Below are positions 58,603 through 64,000 of a DNA stretch of 64,000 nt, piece after piece. Numbering within the stretch: the first letter of the stretch is position 1; every line of letters begins with the position of its first letter. This DNA is from Methanobacteriota archaeon (lineage in GTDB: Archaea > Thermoplasmatota > Poseidoniia > Poseidoniales > Thalassarchaeaceae), in contig PBZE01000042.1 in the NCBI GenBank assembly GCA_002730095.1, positions 623 through 64,622 of the forward strand, read 5' to 3'. A program made the position numbers and the translations under genes. The notes below the pieces were generated by a model. It did not search any database and was not told the origin of the DNA. It saw nothing but the letters and a program-made list of their open reading frames with translations.

Positions 58603-58780
58603 AACATTAACGTTTTATTACGGATTGAAATAACTAAATTAACGTATATTTACGCTTTTTCAATAATATTTTTTTTTATATATTAGACTAGTATTACGTT
58701 TTTTAATTTTATCATTAACGCTTTTCTAACGCTTTAATTATGCGTTAACAAAGCGTTAATGTCTTTATTAACGCTTTAAA
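58603..58780. repeat. Cluster of about 9-10 short TTAACGCTTT-like motifs in both orientations within an AT-rich spacer
   Basis: Direct copies or variants start at 58607 (TTAACGTTTT), 58639 (TTAACGTATA), 58650 (TTACGCTTTT), 58694 (TTACGTTTTT), 58715 (TTAACGCTTT), 58727 (TAACGCTTTA) and 58768 (TTAACGCTTT). Inverted copies lie at 58742-58748 (GCGTTAA) and 58751-58760 (AAGCGTTAAT). A central T/A tract spans 58661-58690. Confidence 0.7.
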
Positions 58781-58825
58781 TTAGTGATTATTGGGTTCTT
58801 TGGAGATATACTCGAAGTCGGTTAA

Positions 58826-60190
58826 GTGACTCTAAGAAGAAGAATTAAGCGAAATGTACAGAAGGGTGTTTTTTCTGAAGAGCATGATAACATGCCAGTT
58901 GATAGCAGTCGATTGAAAGGATTCTACAAACTATCTGTCCCAGAGAGAAGGAGCTTGCTCTCAGATATAGCAGGATTGGATGAGCGAATGGTAGAGGCGT
59001 GGGCCTCTAACGGAGAACTATCAGAGGAAGTCGCCGATAGAATGATTGAGAATGTGATTGGCACATATTCGCTCCCAATTGGTGTGGCGACCAATTTCAT
59101 AATCGATGGCGAGCATTATTTGATTCCCTTTGTTGTTGAAGAGGCGAGTGTTGTCGCTGCAGCTTCCAACATGGCGAAGAGGTGCCATTCGAAGGGCGGT
59201 TTTGTTTCCAACAATGATGAGCCTGTTATGATTGGTCAAATCCAAGTTGTAGGTTGTGATGATCCGGAGGCTGCCAGGCAAGCAATACTTTCATCTGAGA
59301 AAGAGTTGATTGAAGCATGTAATGACGTCGACCCTATTCTCGTGAAATTTGGTGGCGGATGCAGAGGAGTTGAGGCTCGTATTATTGAGACTGGGTCGGG
59401 ACCCATGGTCATAGTGCATATCCTAGTTGATTGCAGAGATGCTATGGGGGCGAATGCAGTAAATACCATGGCAGAAACCATAGCTCCAAGGATAGAGGAG
59501 CTGAGCTCTGGAACAGTTATCCTTAGGATAATCAGCAACCTTGCTGTACATCGGCTGGCAAAAGTTAGTGCCACATTCACTCCTGAAGAAATGTCGGATA
59601 CCGGATCGGATAGGGAAGGTGGTTCGAGAGTTATTGACGGTGTCATTCAAGCATATCATTTCGCTGCGGCGGACCCATTTAGGGCAACGACTCACAACAA
59701 GGGGATAATGAATGCGATTTCACCGATTGCTATAGCATGTGGACAGGATTGGAGAGCGATAGAGTCTGGCGCCCATTCCTACGCATCTTATGGGAGGGAA
59801 TATGGATCCATGACTCACTGGGAAGAAGACGACGATGGGAACTTAGTTGGCTCAATTGAGATACCAATGGCAGTAGGGCTCGTCGGAGGGGCCGTTAGGA
59901 TACATCCGGGAGCTCAGGCAAATGTGGCACTATTGGGACTTAGGACTGCTAACGATCTCGCCAAGGTTATGGCAGCGGCAGGGCTAGCTCAGAATCTTGG
60001 CGCATTGAGGGCTCTGGCAACTGTAGGCATTCAGGCCGGACATATGAAATTGCATCTCATGAATATGGTAGCCGCTTCAGGTGCCGAGGGCGAAGAGATT
60101 GAAGCTGTCGCGAAGATGGTCAGGGAAAGTGGGGAGCGAATCACCATGGCAGCAGTCGAAGAGGCCTTGACAATAGTTAGAGGCAACTAG
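58826..60190 (+). CDS. hmgA: Hydroxymethylglutaryl-CoA reductase (class II-like)
   Basis: EEASVVAAASN, CRDAMGANAVNTM, GQDWRA and VGGAVRIHP fit the class II HMGR pattern. The likely start is ATG 58892 (MPVDSSRLKGFYKLS). Confidence 0.85.
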   Translation: MTLRRRIKRNVQKGVFSEEHDNMPVDSSRLKGFYKLSVPERRSLLSDIAGLDERMVEAWASNGELSEEVADRMIENVIGTYSLPIGVATNFIIDGEHYLIPFVVEEASVVAAASNMAKRCHSKGGFVSNNDEPVMIGQIQVVGCDDPEAARQAILSSEKELIEACNDVDPILVKFGGGCRGVEARIIETGSGPMVIVHILVDCRDAMGANAVNTMAETIAPRIEELSSGTVILRIISNLAVHRLAKVSATFTPEEMSDTGSDREGGSRVIDGVIQAYHFAAADPFRATTHNKGIMNAISPIAIACGQDWRAIESGAHSYASYGREYGSMTHWEEDDDGNLVGSIEIPMAVGLVGGAVRIHPGAQANVALLGLRTANDLAKVMAAAGLAQNLGALRALATVGIQAGHMKLHLMNMVAASGAEGEEIEAVAKMVRESGERITMAAVEEALTIVRGN

Positions 60191-61443
60191 TCTAGTCTCC
60201 TATGTGGTTGATTCTTGGGAATATACTTCGGCCTGTAGATAGGCGTCCCCCTTCCTTCCCTAGCGTTTCTTTCATCGAGTATCTGCGCACAGATTCCAGC
60301 TACTCTTGCCCAACCGAAGAATGTGGTGTAGTAGTCCGGCTTCCTGAAACCAACTGAGTGAAGTAAAGTACCGCTACCAAGGTCGACATTCGGATAGGGA
60401 TTACTGATTTTTGGAATTCTCTCTTTCAAGATATCGGGAGTGATTTCTCTTAGCACTTTAACTGTTTTATATAATTCCTCATCTGGACATATTTCCTCTC
60501 CGAGTCCGATAAGCAGTCTGGCACGAGGATCCTCGGCCCTCAGGACACCATGTCCAAATCCATATATCGGCCGTCTAGCATCAATCTCAGCATTGACGAA
60601 TGATTTAACCTCATCTTCACTCGAAGTTCCTATTCTTTGAATGAATTCCAAGACAGCTTGGTTGGCCCTGCCATGTAGTGGTCCCGATAATGCATTCATT
60701 GCACTTGACATAGCAGAATATACTGAAGCCCTTCCGGAAGCTACCGCTTTACCTGTGAAAGTAGAGAGATTGCCCCCTCCATGATCCATATGGAGTATGA
60801 AAAAGAATCTCAGTACTCTGCACATCCTTTCTGCTTCTTCCCCCTCAACTCCAAGCATGTGAACAAAATTTTCCACTAAGCCAAGCTCTGGATTTCTCGG
60901 TTTCAATTGTTCTTTCCTACCTCCTCTGAGTAGGAAAACGCGTGCCATTAGTTCAGGCATTCTAGCAATAAGATTCATTGAGTCTGCACGAACATCGCCT
61001 GTGGCTTCTGCAGTTCCCAAAGCCATAATCCCAATTGCGAGCCAATCCATCGGATGGCCACTTCCAGGAGTCAATGACTCCAAGACCCTCAATGCACCAG
61101 TAGGGAGGGACTCAGCCCTATGAACCAATTCTGCCCTGAATTTATCGGATTGTTCCTTGGTTGGAAGCTCTTTGAAAAGTAGCAGATATATGACATCCTC
61201 CTCCTCCAAATCAACTAAGTCCTCAACTGGATATCCGACATAATGCACCCCTTCCATGGGATCAACGTATGATGTCTGGCAAGTCCCCACTGGGATTCCT
61301 CTTAATCCAGTATCCAAATTGGATTCCCTTACATTGAATAGAGTCTCTTCATCATCCATGCACACACCGGACCTAGGGAATGGTGGAGACGTCATAATGT
61401 CTCCGTATTTAGGAATCATAAATGACAGGTGTATAATGCCCAT
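60187..61443 (-). CDS. gltA: Citrate synthase
   Basis: It has HMDHGGGNLSTF, SGPLHGRANQ and GFGHGVLRAEDPR, which carry the catalytic His/His/Asp contexts. Its stop overlaps the hmgA stop in convergent orientation. Confidence 0.9.
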   Translation of the reverse strand: MGIIHLSFMIPKYGDIMTSPPFPRSGVCMDDEETLFNVRESNLDTGLRGIPVGTCQTSYVDPMEGVHYVGYPVEDLVDLEEEDVIYLLLFKELPTKEQSDKFRAELVHRAESLPTGALRVLESLTPGSGHPMDWLAIGIMALGTAEATGDVRADSMNLIARMPELMARVFLLRGGRKEQLKPRNPELGLVENFVHMLGVEGEEAERMCRVLRFFFILHMDHGGGNLSTFTGKAVASGRASVYSAMSSAMNALSGPLHGRANQAVLEFIQRIGTSSEDEVKSFVNAEIDARRPIYGFGHGVLRAEDPRARLLIGLGEEICPDEELYKTVKVLREITPDILKERIPKISNPYPNVDLGSGTLLHSVGFRKPDYYTTFFGWARVAGICAQILDERNAREGRGTPIYRPKYIPKNQPHRRLD

Positions 61444-61492
61444 TTTCTGCCTAAAATCAAAAAATTATTGGAAAACACCCCAATGATGATAA

Positions 61493-62125
61493 TTGAAAGG
61501 ATATGGCCGGGGGAGCGTGGATAGCTGGCAACAAGCGGTCGATTCAATGGATCCTGAGCATGAACATATGCTCAGGGGAGGCACCGTGAGTAATTTCTTC
61601 CTGAGAGAATCATTGACCTACAGCCATCCTGTATTTGTTGGAGGGTGCTATGGATTAATGATTTCAATAGCTCTATTACTCCCCTTGGCATATAATAGCC
61701 ATGGAGGGGAGTATCTAGGATTTGCGAGACACTGGGGGCTACAAGCGCTTATCATAATATCAATAACATCAATCCTTGGAGCCTTCTCAATTTTTACCTC
61801 TATGGCAGTGAAGAGGCCCCCTGCGAGGCTCCGTAACTGGAGGAAAATCCTATTTCTACTTCCATTCTTGGGCCTTACAGTACTTTCAATATCTATAATT
61901 TACGAATATGGCGGACATTTGTTCCTAAGATTGGGATGGTTTTTTTATGTACTTCCTGGTCCTCTCTGGGTGCATCTTTCCTATGCCCCTAGATGGAGGA
62001 TAATCGAAAGGATTGACAGGGGGATCGATCCATTTGAAGGAATGGGGAAGACAATTTATGGCGATAGTTCGGGACTCAACGGCTCAGAGGACAAGGATTT
62101 GGATGAAGTGGTAGAAATACTGTAG
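61493..62125 (+). CDS. Membrane protein, unknown function (about 4 TM helices)
   Basis: The call rests on hydrophobic segments only. I recognise no motif. Confidence 0.3.
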   Translation: MKGYGRGSVDSWQQAVDSMDPEHEHMLRGGTVSNFFLRESLTYSHPVFVGGCYGLMISIALLLPLAYNSHGGEYLGFARHWGLQALIIISITSILGAFSIFTSMAVKRPPARLRNWRKILFLLPFLGLTVLSISIIYEYGGHLFLRLGWFFYVLPGPLWVHLSYAPRWRIIERIDRGIDPFEGMGKTIYGDSSGLNGSEDKDLDEVVEIL

Positions 62126-62127
62126 AT

Positions 62128-62583
62128 CTATTCTGAGATATTCCCTTCAAGTTCCATTATTGAACTCCTTAAGTCATCGGGAATCTTCACTGGCTCCCCT
62201 AATGAATAATCTATCATGACGCATACCACTCTTCCAGTTGCCACGACCTTGTTCTGCTGGGAGGAGCTATTGATCAAATACTTCATTTCGAAGGAAGTTC
62301 TTCCAATTTTCGAAACACATGTATTGCACACAACAATATCAGGAAAAATTACTGGGACCTTGTAGTCAACCTCTATCCTCGCCAAAATTGGTCCGATCTT
62401 GGAATTTTCATACAGCTCCATCATTCCTATTTTGGAGAAATACCTCATTCTTACGGTTTCCATCCATTTTGCGAAAACGGTGTGATTGACATGCCCTAAT
62501 GAATCCATATCTCCCCAATTAACTGTTATATCAGTTGATATTGTCCATTCGTTTTCTACCGAATCTAGATTCTTAATTGGCAT
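62128..62583 (-). CDS. Acyl-CoA thioesterase (4HBT / YbgC-like hotdog fold)
   Basis: VNWGDMDSLGHVNHTVFAKWMETVR matches the hotdog thioesterase N-terminal motif (D.D..GHV.N..Y). The size of ~150 aa also fits. Confidence 0.7.
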   Translation of the reverse strand: MPIKNLDSVENEWTISTDITVNWGDMDSLGHVNHTVFAKWMETVRMRYFSKIGMMELYENSKIGPILARIEVDYKVPVIFPDIVVCNTCVSKIGRTSFEMKYLINSSSQQNKVVATGRVVCVMIDYSLGEPVKIPDDLRSSIMELEGNISE

Positions 62584-62592
62584 TTCTCTACC

Positions 62593-63771
62593 TCAAATTA
62601 GTCGTAATTCATTACCGCATCTCTCGAACTCTGATAGGACCTTATCTAAATCATCTCTAGTGAGTCCTGAGGACATTTGAGTTCTCACTCTGGCCTTATC
62701 TCTGGAAACCATCGGGAATACTATTGCTCCAACTAAAATTCCACTATTGGATAGCATCAAAGAAAGTTCTTTCGCCACCTTACTTTCACCGCACATCACT
62801 GGAATTATTGGAGTCTCTGATAGTCCCGTATCGAACCCAATAGATTGGAGTTCTTTTCTGAAATAATTTGTATTTTCCCAGAGATTCTTGACATGTTCTG
62901 GTTCATCCATCAGAACCTCAACAGCGGCTTTCTGAGCGGCAGCTACTCCGGGTGGCTGACTTCCTGAAAGTAACCATGAGCGACTATGGTTTAGTGCATA
63001 TCTCCTCACTAATTCTGATCCTGCTAATATCCCTCCTTGGACCCCCATTGCCTTGGAGTATGATCCTAACTCGAAGTCTACACGACCTTGGAGACCGAAA
63101 TGTGCGACGATTCCCTTTCCATCTCCTAGGACCCCTTCGCCATGACAATCGTCGACCATTATCATGGCATCGTAATCCTCCGCAACATCTGTAATTTCAT
63201 CAAGGGGAGCTATATCTCCATCCATACTGAAAACTCCATCAGTTATGATTAGCTTTCTATCAGCGTCCTTATTTTGCGAAAGAGTTCTTTCGAGGGCCCC
63301 AATATCGTTGTGAGGGTAAACCGACCTGCTGGCTTTGGTGAGTCTTACTCCATCAATAATGGAGCCATGGTTGAGTTCATCTGAGATAATTACATCCTCC
63401 TTGCCTCTGACAAGAGTAGGGATAAGCCCCACATTAGCTGTGTATCCTGCAGAATAAATTAGAGACGCCTCGACTTCTTTGAATTGTGCTGCCTTCTTTT
63501 CTGCCTCTATGTGGATGTCCAGTGTTCCAGCTATTGCCCTCACAGAACCTGAGCCAGCTCCATATTTTCTTGTTGCCTGCAAAGCCGCCTCAACTACTCT
63601 TGGATGTGTAGTCAAATTCAGATAGTTATTTGCTGAAAGCATGATCATGTCTTTGCCGTCGACTTTACAATGAGGTCCGCTTGCCGATTCCAAAACAGGA
63701 GGATTCCACTCCAAATCATGTGATTTTAGTTCATCGAGCCTTTTGGACATCCAGGATAGGTCGGCTGCCAT
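62593..63771 (-). CDS. kbl: Glycine C-acetyltransferase (2-amino-3-ketobutyrate CoA ligase) / alpha-oxoamine synthase family
   Basis: SANNYLNL, ISDELNHGSIIDGVRL, TDGVFSMDGDIAPL, MVDDCHG, the GSYSKAMG PLP-Lys region and KARVRTQMSSGLT are close to the E. coli Kbl pattern. BioF-like specificity cannot be fully excluded. Confidence 0.8.
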   Translation of the reverse strand: MAADLSWMSKRLDELKSHDLEWNPPVLESASGPHCKVDGKDMIMLSANNYLNLTTHPRVVEAALQATRKYGAGSGSVRAIAGTLDIHIEAEKKAAQFKEVEASLIYSAGYTANVGLIPTLVRGKEDVIISDELNHGSIIDGVRLTKASRSVYPHNDIGALERTLSQNKDADRKLIITDGVFSMDGDIAPLDEITDVAEDYDAMIMVDDCHGEGVLGDGKGIVAHFGLQGRVDFELGSYSKAMGVQGGILAGSELVRRYALNHSRSWLLSGSQPPGVAAAQKAAVEVLMDEPEHVKNLWENTNYFRKELQSIGFDTGLSETPIIPVMCGESKVAKELSLMLSNSGILVGAIVFPMVSRDKARVRTQMSSGLTRDDLDKVLSEFERCGNELRLI

Positions 63772-63845
63772 GGATTCCGATTAGGTAGGAGGTACATTGC
63801 TCCATCGGAGCGAGTTCTTCATTTCCTACGCCTCTATCCGACATC

Positions 63846-64000
63846 ATGACTGGTCAATCTGTAGAAGTAACTCTACTCGGAAATACTCAGGATGGGGGAT
63901 ACCCACAAGTAGGATGTTTGAAGGACTGCTGCATGAAAGTAAGAGGTAATGTATCATTATCGAGAATGCCCGTTTCTTTGGGATTGAAAGGTGCGGATGG
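63846..64000 (+). CDS. PqqB-like / MBL-fold protein, 3'-truncated by the window edge
   Basis: My own translation from ATG 63846 is MTGQSVEVTLLGNTQDGGYPQVGCLKDCCMKVRGN... It resembles the PqqB-type N-terminus (LGSAAGGGFPQWNCxCxxC). Only 51 codons are visible. Confidence 0.35.
   Translation, partial: MTGQSVEVTLLGNTQDGGYPQVGCLKDCCMKVRGNVSLSRMPVSLGLKGAD

Noticed and set aside
58603-58780. I considered whether the short repeated motif cluster could be a CRISPR array.
   Set aside because: The repeat unit is only ~10 bp, the copies occur in both orientations with irregular spacing of 1-40 bp, there are no uniform spacers, and no cas genes are in the window.
60187-60190. Convergent overlap of the hmgA and citrate synthase stop codons (CTAG), and a similar overlap at 4639-4642.
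   Set aside because: The overlaps are real in the sequence. They are a trivial consequence of tight gene packing, and no terminator or regulatory structure is evident.

Overview
This window is a densely coding chromosomal segment of an archaeon, with about 50 genes and many junctions of 0-30 nt or overlapping stop/start codons. Archaeal informational genes are present: Orc1/Cdc6, aIF2-gamma, ribosomal proteins L10e and S6e, Dph2, exosome subunit Csl4 and NMD3. They sit beside bacterial-type genes: GyrB/GyrA, SufCBD plus NifU, a CcmABCD heme-export cluster, RmuC, an M23 peptidase, a FabH-like KAS III, a class-II-like HMG-CoA reductase, citrate synthase and Kbl. There are also three giant membrane-anchored exoproteins of 1771, 1608 and 1370 aa. 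This mix fits planktonic Thermoplasmatota such as Marine Group II/III, but that is inference only because no database search was possible. I found one tRNA-Ser(GCU) and no rRNA, CRISPR array, transposase, integrase or obvious prophage. All protein calls are by-eye motif recognition on the supplied translations. Start codons are often uncertain because the track uses the longest ORF, including TTG/GTG starts. The items most worth a second look are these. (1) A ~220-bp AT-rich spacer (58603-58825) holds about 9-10 copies of a TTAACGCTTT-like motif next to a divergent Orc1/Cdc6-like gene with a Walker A Lys-to-Arg change and a long acidic insertion; it may be a replication origin or an operator array. 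(2) A Csl4 exosome cap subunit is fused to a CxxC-x17-CxxC zinc knuckle and an RRM domain. (3) A 1771-aa type-I surface protein is built from modules better known from eukaryotes (RCC1 blades, ephrin-receptor-like Cys repeats, TSP3-like Ca-binding repeats), with a possible WW-like cytoplasmic tail. (4) A rhomboid protease lies beside a TM-anchored giant subtilase, and both carry cytosolic zinc-ribbon tails. (5) A ccmC/ccmD/ccmA-B-fusion cluster includes a 46-codon ORF missing from the track. (6) A membrane-anchored glutaminyl cyclase lies among the exoprotein genes.
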